Below the pieces are notes generated by a model, which saw only the letters and a program-made list of their open reading frames with translations, had not been told where the DNA came from and ran no database searches. A DNA stretch of 64,000 bases from an uncultured delta proteobacterium (GTDB taxonomy: Bacteria > Desulfobacterota > Binatia > Binatales > Binataceae). Within the stretch, counting starts at the first letter, position 1, and each line of letters opens with the position of its first letter. The position numbers were made by a program, and so were the translations under genes. The stretch is taken from contig CAWDXY010000004.1 in the NCBI GenBank assembly GCA_963806485.1, positions 613,801 to 677,800 of the forward strand, given 5' to 3'. This document shows, in pieces, positions 49,813-58,092 of this stretch.

Positions 49813-51003
49813 ATGGACTTTTCGCTGACCCCCAAGACCGAACAGTTGCGCAAGCGCGTCTCCGACTTCATGGATCAGTACGTTTTTCCGATCGAAAAGG
49901 AAGTTCAGCGCGCGATGGGCGAGAGCGGCAACACCGAGCCGCAATCGCTCAAGGAGGTCCGCAAAAAAGCCAAGGCCGAGGGCCTTTGGAACCTCTTTCT
50001 GCCCGACGAAAAATTCGGCGCCGGCCTCAAGAACTACGAATACGCTCCGCTGTGCGAGCTGATGGGCCGCAGCCAAATAGGCGCGCGCGCCTTCAACTGC
50101 ATGGCGCCCGACACCGGCAACATGGAAATCCTCGCCGAGTTCGGAACCCCCGAACAGAAAAAGCAGTGGCTGCAAAAGTGCCTCGACGGCGAGATTCGTA
50201 CCTGCTTCTCGATGACCGAGCCTGACACTCCGGGTTCCGACCCGACTCAGCTCAAGACGCGCGCGGTGCGCGACGGCGACAACTACGTGATCAACGGCCA
50301 CAAGTGGTTCACGTCGAATGCGATCGGCTCGGCGTTCGCGATCGCGATGGTGGTGACGGACCCCGACGCGGAACCGCATCGCCGCGCCAGCCAGATTATC
50401 GTTCCGACCGACACTCCCGGCTTCAACCTGATTCGGCCGGTGCCCGTGATGGGTCACACCGGCGGCGGCGGCCATTGCGAAATAATCTACAAGGACTGTC
50501 GCGTGCCGGTGACCAACCTGCTCGGCGAGGAAGGCGGCGGCTTCGCAATCTCGCAGGCGCGGCTCGGCCCGGGACGCATCCATCACTGCATGCGCACCAT
50601 CGGCATCGCGGAGCGCGCGCTCGAGCTGATGTGCAAGCGGGCGAGCACTCGCTTCACGCACGGCAGTTTTCTCGCCGAGAAATCCAACATCCAGGAGTGG
50701 ATCGCCAACTCGCGAATCGAGATCGACTCGTGCCGCCTGATGGTGATGCATGCGGCGTGGAAGATGGACACCGCCGGCAAGAGCGCCGCGCGCAACGAGA
50801 TCGCGATGATCAAAGTGATGTGCGCGAACATGGTGATGATCGTGCTCGATCGCGCCATCCAGGTATTCGGCGCGGCCGGCGTCAGCGACGACTTCCCGCT
50901 CGCGCGGATGTGGCGCGACAGCCGCGCTCTTCGAATCGCCGACGGCCCCGACGAAGTGCATCGCATGACGATCGCGCGCCGCGAGCTGCGCAAGTACAAA
51001 TGA
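49813..51003 (+). CDS. Acyl-CoA dehydrogenase (ACAD10/11, LvaC-like)
   Basis: GLWNLFLP, FNCMAPDTGNME, FSMTEP, QARLGPGRIHHC, RIADGPDEVH. Confidence 0.9.
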   Translation: MDFSLTPKTEQLRKRVSDFMDQYVFPIEKEVQRAMGESGNTEPQSLKEVRKKAKAEGLWNLFLPDEKFGAGLKNYEYAPLCELMGRSQIGARAFNCMAPDTGNMEILAEFGTPEQKKQWLQKCLDGEIRTCFSMTEPDTPGSDPTQLKTRAVRDGDNYVINGHKWFTSNAIGSAFAIAMVVTDPDAEPHRRASQIIVPTDTPGFNLIRPVPVMGHTGGGGHCEIIYKDCRVPVTNLLGEEGGGFAISQARLGPGRIHHCMRTIGIAERALELMCKRASTRFTHGSFLAEKSNIQEWIANSRIEIDSCRLMVMHAAWKMDTAGKSAARNEIAMIKVMCANMVMIVLDRAIQVFGAAGVSDDFPLARMWRDSRALRIADGPDEVHRMTIARRELRKYK

Positions 51004-51027
51004 CGGCCATCGTCCTGCATCACACGC

Positions 51028-52122
51028 ATGGCTGAAGCCGTAGAAATCGTCCCCGAATTCGGCGACGTCCGCGACGAAGAGCAGCTCGACTGGGCCAAGC
51101 TCGCCGCGTACTTGCGCGGCAAGATTCCCGGCGCCGACGTGCCCATGACCGTCAAGCAGTTTCGCGGCGGCTCGTCGAATCTCACCTACCTGCTGCGCTT
51201 TGGCGACCGCGAATGGGTGATGCGCCGGCCGCCGTTCGGCCCGCTGCCCGTCGGCGGGCACGACATGGGCCGCGAATACAAGGTGCTCTCGCGCCTGTGG
51301 GAAGTCTTCAAGCCGGCGCCGCGCGGGATGCTCTACAGCGACGACGCGTCGATCGTCGGCGCGCCTTTCTTCGTGATGGAACGCCGCACCGGCATCGTCA
51401 TCAAGAACCGCCAGCCGCTGCCCCTCGAGCTCGGCAACGATCCCGCAATGTTTCGCGCGATGTCCGAGGGATTCATCGACACTCTCGCCGACTTGCACGG
51501 CGTCGACTACGCGGCGATCGGCCTCGGCACGCTCGGCAAGCCCGACGGATTCTTAAAGCGCCAGATCACCGGCTGGATGGCGCGATGGGAGAAGGCGAAG
51601 ACGCGCGAAGTGCCGCTGATGGAGAAACTCGGCGCCTGGTTTCTCGACAACATGCCGGTGTCGCCGCCGCCGGTGCTCGTGCACAACGACTTCTACCTGC
51701 ACAACGTCATGGTCGGCGCGGTGAATCACGGCGAAATAGTCGGTGTCTTCGACTGGGAAATGTCGACGATCGGCGATCCGCTCGTCGATTTAGGCATCGT
51801 GATGAACTACTGGCGCGGTAAGAGCGACCCCGCCGAGCTGCTGGCGACGTCGCAAGGCGAGGCGCATACGATGCGCCCCGGATTCCTGACCCGCGACGAA
51901 CTCCTGCATCGCTACGCGACCCGCACCGGCCGCGACGTAAGCGGCATGCCGTATTACTGGGCGTGGGCGCACTGGAAGACCGCGACGGTGGTCGAGCAAA
52001 TCTACGTCCGCTACGTACGCGGCCAAACCACGGACCCGCGCTTCGCCCTGATGGGCCCAATGGCCCCAGCCCTCGCCCTCGCGGCAGCACAAGTAGCGTC
52101 GCGCCTGGGATTTAAGGGGTAG
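51028..52122 (+). CDS. Aminoglycoside-phosphotransferase-fold kinase (LvaA / ACAD10-11 kinase-like)
   Basis: QFRGGSSNLTY, RRPP, GAPFFVME, HNDFYLHN, DWEMSTIGDPLVD. Confidence 0.88.
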   Translation: MAEAVEIVPEFGDVRDEEQLDWAKLAAYLRGKIPGADVPMTVKQFRGGSSNLTYLLRFGDREWVMRRPPFGPLPVGGHDMGREYKVLSRLWEVFKPAPRGMLYSDDASIVGAPFFVMERRTGIVIKNRQPLPLELGNDPAMFRAMSEGFIDTLADLHGVDYAAIGLGTLGKPDGFLKRQITGWMARWEKAKTREVPLMEKLGAWFLDNMPVSPPPVLVHNDFYLHNVMVGAVNHGEIVGVFDWEMSTIGDPLVDLGIVMNYWRGKSDPAELLATSQGEAHTMRPGFLTRDELLHRYATRTGRDVSGMPYYWAWAHWKTATVVEQIYVRYVRGQTTDPRFALMGPMAPALALAAAQVASRLGFKG

Positions 52123-52186
52123 GCAAAACTCTCATTGCCGACACCCCTGTCCGTCATCCTGAAGTGAGCAACGCGAGCACCCGTCC

Positions 52187-52284
52187 GTCATCCTGACCGA
52201 AGCGAGCAACGCGAGCGCAGGGCTGGCTTCTGGCCTCCGGACAGCTTCGCGTCAGCGAAGCCGGCACCGGTTTCGAGTCGCTGC
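52187..52284. repeat. GTCATCCTGA-type dispersed repeat, family 3, copy a (partial tandem copy at 52149-52178)
   Basis: About 98 bp aligning with 59162-59258 through the shared core CTGGCTTCTGGCCTCCGGACAGCTTCGCG...GAAGCCGG...GAGTCGCTGC. Confidence 0.85.
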
Positions 52285-52503
52285 ATCCATTTTTTCCAAT
52301 CTTGAACGCAACGATGGATCTCGCGCGCCGGTGCGTCCGTCTGAAGCATCATGGAGTTGTAGCTCCACTTCAACCAGCGCAGCTTCTTTGTCGCTCAGTC
52401 CGAGCAATGATCCTCCCCTTTTCAGCGCGCGGCATCTAGGCTATCCAAGGTATAAGGGCAGGTATAATCTTGACCCGACCCAACAAAATGAGGTTTTCCA
52501 GTC

Positions 52504-53373
52504 TTGCACGCGATCAACTACGAAGCCCCTAGCACGCTCGATCAGGCGGTCAGCATCCTCAAAACTCACGGCGAAAATGCGCGTCCGCTCTGCGGCGGCA
52601 CCGATATCCTCATCCAGTTGCGCGCCGGAGTCCGCCGCACCGAGCATCTCGTCGACGTCAAGAAAATCAAGGAGCTGCAAACTCTCTCCTTCGATGCGAA
52701 GAAGGGATTGCGGCTCGGCGCGGCCGTGCCTTGCATCGAGATTAGCGAGAACGACGTGATGCGCCGTCATTACCCCGGCCTGACCGAAGCGGCGCATCTG
52801 ATCGGCTCGCTGCAGATTCAGAACCGCGCCTCCGTCGGCGGCAATCTGTGCAATGGATCGCCTGCCGCTGACACGACGCCCGCGCTGATTGCCCTTGGCG
52901 CGCGCGCCCGAATCGTCGGCCCAAGCGGCGAGCGCGAAGTGCCCGTCGAGGCCTTCGTCGTGTCGCCCGGACGCACCGTGCTCAAGCCCGGCGAGCTGCT
53001 GGTCGAGTTGCTGATTCCCGCGCCCGCGCCGCATTCAAGCGACGCGTATCTTCGATTCATCCCCCGCAACGAGATGGATATCGCAGTGGTCGGCGTGGGA
53101 GCGTCGGTCACGCTCGACGGCGACAAGGTGAAGGCGGCGCGCATCGGACTCGGGGCGGTCGCGGCGACTCCGCTTCTTGCGAGCAAAGCCGCCGACGCTC
53201 TCATCGGTAAGAAACTCGACGATGCGGCCCTCGAGGCTGCCGGACGTGCGGCGAGCGAGGTCTGCAAGCCGATCGACGACATGCGCGGCACTGTGGAATT
53301 TCGGCTCCACGTGACCGGCGTGCTCACGCGGCGCGCGCTGGCGATTGCCGCCGAACGCGCGAAGAAGAGCTGA
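52504..53373 (+). CDS. Xanthine dehydrogenase family FAD-binding subunit
   Basis: CGGTD, IGSLQIQNRASVGGN, DDMRGTVEFR. Confidence 0.92.
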   Translation: MHAINYEAPSTLDQAVSILKTHGENARPLCGGTDILIQLRAGVRRTEHLVDVKKIKELQTLSFDAKKGLRLGAAVPCIEISENDVMRRHYPGLTEAAHLIGSLQIQNRASVGGNLCNGSPAADTTPALIALGARARIVGPSGEREVPVEAFVVSPGRTVLKPGELLVELLIPAPAPHSSDAYLRFIPRNEMDIAVVGVGASVTLDGDKVKAARIGLGAVAATPLLASKAADALIGKKLDDAALEAAGRAASEVCKPIDDMRGTVEFRLHVTGVLTRRALAIAAERAKKS

Positions 53374-53405
53374 CACTAGAAATTCAACTGCGGCTAATAG
53401 AAACA

Positions 53406-53909
53406 ATGTCTAAAAAAACCCTGGTAGAAGCGACAATCAACGGCGAAACGGTCGAGTTCCTGTGCGAGCCGCGCCAAAGCCTGCTCGAGACCTTGCGCGA
53501 CGTGCTCGAGCTCACCGGCTCGAAGGAAGGATGCCTAACCGGCGATTGCGGCGCGTGTACCGTACTGGTCGACGGCCGCGCGGTATGCTCGTGCCTGATG
53601 CTCGGCGTCGAGGCGCAGGGCAAGAACATCGCGACCGTCGAGGGACTCGCCACCAACGGCGTGCTTCACGTTTTGCAGAGCAAGTTTCTCGAGCACGCCA
53701 GCCTGCAATGCGGCATCTGCACGCCCGGTTTTCTGATTTCGGCGAAGTCGCTGCTAGATCGAAATCCGAAGCCAAGCGAGCCCGAAGTTCGCTACGCGCT
53801 GGCTGGTAATCTTTGCCGATGCACCGGCTACGACAAAATTGTGAAAGCGGTGCTCGACGCCGCCGCGGACATTCGCGCGCAGGGCGAAGGCAAGGCGGCC
53901 GCGCGATAG
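53406..53909 (+). CDS. Xanthine dehydrogenase family [2Fe-2S] subunit
   Basis: GCLTGDCGACTV...SC and QCGICTPG...NLCRCTGY. Confidence 0.95.
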   Translation: MSKKTLVEATINGETVEFLCEPRQSLLETLRDVLELTGSKEGCLTGDCGACTVLVDGRAVCSCLMLGVEAQGKNIATVEGLATNGVLHVLQSKFLEHASLQCGICTPGFLISAKSLLDRNPKPSEPEVRYALAGNLCRCTGYDKIVKAVLDAAADIRAQGEGKAAAR

Positions 53910-53951
53910 AGCACAGCAACGACGCTGAGATTCGAGAGGTTAAAAAAGGCC

Positions 53952-56240
53952 ATGGCGGCATCAACCACGACAGGCGATTTCAAAGTTATCGGCACCCGTC
54001 CGATTCGGCACGACGGCGTTGACAAGGTGACCGGCCGCGCCAAGTACGGCGCCGACTACGCGTTCCCCGGGATGCTGCATGGCAAGGTGCTGCGCAGCCC
54101 GCACGCTCACGCGACTATCAAATCGATCAAAGTCGACAAGGCGCTCAAGCTCCCCGGCGTGAAGGCGATCGTCACATCGAAGGATCTCCCGCAGGCCGAG
54201 AACAAGCTCGAGCAGTCCGGTGAGATGGTCATCAACCCGATGTACCTGTCGATGAATATCCTCGCGCACGACAAGGTCCTGTACGACGGCCATGCGATCG
54301 CCGCTGTCGCCGCGACCAGCCCGCATATCGCCGAGGAAGCGCTCCGCCTGATCGAGGTCGAATACGAAGTCCTGCCGCCCGTGATGACCGTTGACGTCGC
54401 CACCAGACCGGGCGCGCCGATTCTGCTCAAGGACCTGCGCAACAAGGAGGAAGGCGACAAGCCGACCAACGTCGCGCAGCATTACCAGTTCAAGCGCGGC
54501 GACCTCGCGGCGGGATTCAAGGCGGCTGACTACGTCGTCGAGCGCGAATTCAACACCGCGATGGTCCACCAGGGCTACATCGAGCCGCACAACGCCGTCG
54601 GCATCTACAACTCCGACGGACAGGCGACGATCTACTGCTCGACGCAAGGCGCCTTCGACGTCCGTTCGCTCAGCGCGCAGGTGCTCGGGATGTCGGTCGG
54701 CCATATCAAAGTCGTGCCGGCCGAAATCGGCGGCGGCTTCGGCGGCAAGACCACAATCTACCTCGAGCCGCTCTCTGTCCTGCTGTCCAAGAAGACCGGC
54801 GCGCCGGTCAAGCTCGTCATGTCGCGCTCGGAAGTGCTCCGCGCCAGCGGCCCGACCTCGGGCTCGAAGACCAAAGTGAAGATGGGCGCGACCAAGGACG
54901 GCAAACTCGTCGCCGCCGAAATCTGGATGGCCTACGAGGCTGGCGCGTTCCCCGGCTCGCCGGTGGGCGCGGGCGCGATGTGCATCATCGCTCCGTACAC
55001 CGTCGAGAATTTTCAAATCGACGCGTACGACGTGGTCGTCAATCGGCCCAAGACCGCGGCCTATCGCGCGCCGGGCGCGACCAACGCCGCGTTCGCGTCC
55101 GAGACCGTGATCGACGAGCTTGCCGAGAAGTGCGGAATTGATCCGATCGACTTCCGCATCAAGAACGGCGTCAAGGAAGGCGCGGCGCAGATCGTCGGTC
55201 CTCCGTACAAGCGCATCGGATTTTTACAGACCTGCGAAGCCATCAAGAACAGCGAGCAATACAAGTCGAAGCTAACCGGCAAGTTCCGCGGACGCGGCGT
55301 CGCGTCGGGATTCTGGTTCAACGCCGGGATGCAGTCCTCGGCAACCGTCAATATCCACACCGACGGAACCGCCAGCGTTGTGACCGGCTCGCCCGATATC
55401 GGCGGCTCGCGCGCGTCGATGGCGATGATCACTGCGGAAGTGCTCGGACTGCCGGTGACCGACGTGCGTCCTATCACCGCCGACACCGATTCAATCGGCC
55501 ATACCGACGTGACCGGCGGCAGCCGCGTCACCTTCGCAACCGGGATGGCGGTGTACGAGGCGGCCAAGGACGCGGTGCGCCAGTTGATCGAGCGCGCCGC
55601 CAAGGTCTGGGAGAAAAAGCCCGACGACGTGGACTTTCGAGACGGCAAGCTCTACGCGAAAGGCAACGGCGTGCCACCACTGTCGATCAAGCAACTCGCG
55701 CCTCGCTTCCCGCGCACCGGAGGACCAATCACCGGCCGTGCCAGCGTTAACGCGCGCGGCGTCGGCCCGGGATTCGCGACCACGGTCGTCGACGTCGAGG
55801 TCGATCCCGACACCGGCAAGGTGCAACTGCTCCGATGCACCGTCGCGCAGGATGCCGGCAAGGCGATCCATCCGAGCTATGTCGAAGGACAAATGCAGGG
55901 CGGCACGGCGCAGGGACTCGGCTGGGCGCTCAACGAAGAATATTTTTACGACGACAAGGGCACGCTCCGTAACTCCGGATTCCTCGACTACCGGATGCCG
56001 ACCTGCCTCGACTTGCCGATGATCGAAACGATTGTCGTCGAGGAAGCGAACCCCGGCCATCCGCTGGGCGTGCGCGGCGTCGGCGAGGTGTCGATCGTGC
56101 CGCCGGTCGCAGCGGTCGCCAATGCGATCTATCGCGCGGTCGGCGTCAGGATGACGGAGACCCCGATGTCGCCGCCGAAGCTGCTGAAGGCGATGCTGAA
56201 GCATCGCGGCTCGACACAACATTCCGCCGCGGCGGATTAA
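53952..56240 (+). CDS. Xanthine dehydrogenase family molybdopterin-binding subunit (not CO dehydrogenase)
   Basis: KVTGRAKY, HQGYIEPH, GGGFGGK, active-site loop AYRAPG, GQMQGG, GVGE. Confidence 0.92.
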   Translation: MAASTTTGDFKVIGTRPIRHDGVDKVTGRAKYGADYAFPGMLHGKVLRSPHAHATIKSIKVDKALKLPGVKAIVTSKDLPQAENKLEQSGEMVINPMYLSMNILAHDKVLYDGHAIAAVAATSPHIAEEALRLIEVEYEVLPPVMTVDVATRPGAPILLKDLRNKEEGDKPTNVAQHYQFKRGDLAAGFKAADYVVEREFNTAMVHQGYIEPHNAVGIYNSDGQATIYCSTQGAFDVRSLSAQVLGMSVGHIKVVPAEIGGGFGGKTTIYLEPLSVLLSKKTGAPVKLVMSRSEVLRASGPTSGSKTKVKMGATKDGKLVAAEIWMAYEAGAFPGSPVGAGAMCIIAPYTVENFQIDAYDVVVNRPKTAAYRAPGATNAAFASETVIDELAEKCGIDPIDFRIKNGVKEGAAQIVGPPYKRIGFLQTCEAIKNSEQYKSKLTGKFRGRGVASGFWFNAGMQSSATVNIHTDGTASVVTGSPDIGGSRASMAMITAEVLGLPVTDVRPITADTDSIGHTDVTGGSRVTFATGMAVYEAAKDAVRQLIERAAKVWEKKPDDVDFRDGKLYAKGNGVPPLSIKQLAPRFPRTGGPITGRASVNARGVGPGFATTVVDVEVDPDTGKVQLLRCTVAQDAGKAIHPSYVEGQMQGGTAQGLGWALNEEYFYDDKGTLRNSGFLDYRMPTCLDLPMIETIVVEEANPGHPLGVRGVGEVSIVPPVAAVANAIYRAVGVRMTETPMSPPKLLKAMLKHRGSTQHSAAAD

Positions 56241-56294
56241 TCAGGAATGATCAAAAGGCGGCGGGCCAAGTCGCTCGCCCCCTTCGCTTTTACG

Positions 56295-56564
56295 ATGCCT
56301 ACCGTTGTTATTCCTTCACTGTTACGCAAATTTACTGGCGGCATCGAGCGCGTTGACGTCCCTGGCAAATCAATTCGCGAGCTCGTTCGCCATCTTGGCC
56401 AGCAGTTTCCAGGGATTGACCAGCAGTTGCTCGAAGACGGAGACATCCGGCCGTCGATCGCCGTGTCAATCGACGGTGAAATTGCAACTGGCGGCATATT
56501 GGATACCGTTGGCGAGCATAGCGAAGTACATTTCATCCCCGCCCTCGGCGGCGGCGAAGTGTGA
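56295..56564 (+). CDS. MoaD/ThiS-family ubiquitin-like protein with a C-terminal extension
   Basis: Beta-grasp pattern ending HFIPALGGGEV-stop. Start at ATG 56295. Confidence 0.8.
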   Translation: MPTVVIPSLLRKFTGGIERVDVPGKSIRELVRHLGQQFPGIDQQLLEDGDIRPSIAVSIDGEIATGGILDTVGEHSEVHFIPALGGGEV

Positions 56565-56636
56565 TCGCGTCAAAAACTGGCAGAAAAAACGGAAATTTGC
56601 GCTTTCGAGGGCAGGATCGGAAGATATTGCCGCTTC

Positions 56637-56664
56637 TTGCAACATACGCGGAATTACGTACAAT
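56637..56664 (+). promoter_or_regulatory. Sigma70-type promoter with no downstream protein gene
   Basis: TTGCAA-N16-TACAAT in the AT-rich gap between converging genes. Confidence 0.55.
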
Positions 56665-56670
56665 AACGTT

Positions 56671-56850
56671 GCTGGCCGGGGTTTGCCCCCCTTTTCCCGG
56701 TTGGCTACGGGCCGGGTGGAGCAATCCGCCTGGCCCTTATCATTTGTTCAGAACAGTTATCTGACCGAATCGTATTCGGCGCGGGAATGGGTGGGGTCTA
56801 ATCGCAGGATCGACCTTCCCAAAAAGCTCTAATACCGCCATTAGCGGAAC
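56671..56850 (+). ncRNA. Candidate structured small RNA (family not recognised; 3' end uncertain)
   Basis: A run of hairpins follows the promoter, including a 12-bp stem capped by a GCAA tetraloop (56709-56736). G-U wobbles are favoured on the + strand. Confidence 0.45.
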
Positions 56851-56904
56851 TAATGAAAGCCGTCCAACTTGGCTGGCTATGCTGGCGACGGCCTACCCCG
56901 CCAA

Positions 56905-57303
56905 TCAGCTCATGAAGACTTCGCGCACATGATTGGTGTCGTTGTACTCGCGGACCTGCGCGATCTTGTCGCCCTTGAACAGGAAGTAGAAGTGGTACCG
57001 GTTGGCGTATTTCTTCCCGTTGCCGGCGACTGTGTCCGATTCGGCTTGGATCGCGACGTGCGGGCCCTCGGCGATCACCGAATGGAACTTCAGGTTCAGG
57101 CCATTGGGGAACATCGCCTTGAGTAACGGCGGCGTCGACTTTACATATGCCTGTTTGCCGCGGATCGGCGCGACCCTCGGCAGCCGCCCCATCATCTCGA
57201 ATTCGAAATCGTCGGCGATCAAATCCTCGAAGACCTTTACATCCGCCTTTTCGAAGTTCTTGAGAAAAGCGAGCGCGCGTTCCTTTTGTTGTTCGAGGTT
57301 CAT
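56905..57303 (-). CDS. NTF2/SnoaL-like (ketosteroid isomerase fold) protein
   Basis: IAEGPHVA, GKKYANRYHF, KIAQVREY.DT. Start at MNLEQQK. Confidence 0.85.
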   Translation of the reverse strand: MNLEQQKERALAFLKNFEKADVKVFEDLIADDFEFEMMGRLPRVAPIRGKQAYVKSTPPLLKAMFPNGLNLKFHSVIAEGPHVAIQAESDTVAGNGKKYANRYHFYFLFKGDKIAQVREYNDTNHVREVFMS

Positions 57304-57379
57304 GCGAAAATCTCCAATCACAAGCCGGCCGCAGCGCCTCACGCGCATGCGCCCGCGGGGAATATAGCGTCGTCCGGGC

Positions 57380-57847
57380 TCAGGGCCGGGCGCGCGGACG
57401 GAAGACCAGCACCGAGCATGGCGCGTTGCGCACCAGTTTCTCGGTGACACTGCCGATCAGAATATGTTCGGCGCCGCTTCGTCCGTGCGTCGACATGACG
57501 ATCAGATCAATCGCCTGCTCTTTGGCGTAGTCGACGAGTTTCTGAACCGGATTGCCGACCACGGCAAAGGTGAAGACGTTCTTCGAATCGCCGAAATCAT
57601 CCTTCTTGATACGCGCGAGCTCCTCCTCCGCCTGCTCGATCATCGCGGCTTCCCGCACCAGCTCGCGGCTTTGCTCGGCGCTGGTCGCCAAAGGCAGCGG
57701 GATGAAATGGAGATGCGGCGCGATGACGTGCATCAGATGAACTTCGGCACCGGTGTCCTTCGCCAGTTCCATCGCGCCCCGCATCGCTTCCATCGAGTGC
57801 GTGGAAAAATCGATCGGCGCGAGAATTTTCTTGACGTTCTGAATCAT
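57380..57847 (-). CDS. Universal stress protein
   Basis: KILAPIDFS, DLIVMSTHGRSG...GSVTEKLVRNAPCSVL. Confidence 0.95.
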   Translation of the reverse strand: MIQNVKKILAPIDFSTHSMEAMRGAMELAKDTGAEVHLMHVIAPHLHFIPLPLATSAEQSRELVREAAMIEQAEEELARIKKDDFGDSKNVFTFAVVGNPVQKLVDYAKEQAIDLIVMSTHGRSGAEHILIGSVTEKLVRNAPCSVLVFRPRARP

Positions 57848-57985
57848 AGAAGCCTCCAGGTACCAGAATTCTTGGAACTATAACGAGCCTCGCCGCCGCT
57901 GCAAACCCGCACCCGTCTATGCCATTATCCCGCCACACCGCCGCCCCTGTCGACACTGGCGGTAAAGAAGGAGACCTCTCTTCTC

Positions 57986-58051
57986 ACTGGGTGCAGGGGT
58001 CACCCCTGCCCAAGGAAGCGTGAAACCCACGGAGGGGTTTCACATTAAATT
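57986..58051. repeat. Two-hairpin REP/MITE-like element, family 2, copy b
   Basis: Reverse complement of 42389-42453 with only about four differences. Confidence 0.85.
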
Positions 58052-58092
58052 TTGCACGTTCGTTCACGCACACTCTCAAGGAAGGAACTACA

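Noticed and set aside
52188-52373. 61-aa minus-strand ORF in the spacer before the xdh genes
   Set aside because: Half of it is the family 3 repeat and it has no recognisable domain. A gene remnant cannot be excluded but is unsupported.
52504-56240. coxMSL-like gene order suggesting aerobic CO dehydrogenase
   Set aside because: The active-site loop is AYRAPG, neither form I AYxCSFR nor form II AYRGAGR.
56561-56764. 67-aa + strand ORF after moaD
   Set aside because: No RBS or motifs and atypical codons. It overlaps the promoter and hairpins better explained as a non-coding RNA.
56859-56892. Last hairpin of the candidate ncRNA
   Set aside because: It pairs better on the minus strand (G-U instead of A-C) and is followed there by TTTC, so it is more likely the terminator of the USP-SnoaL genes.
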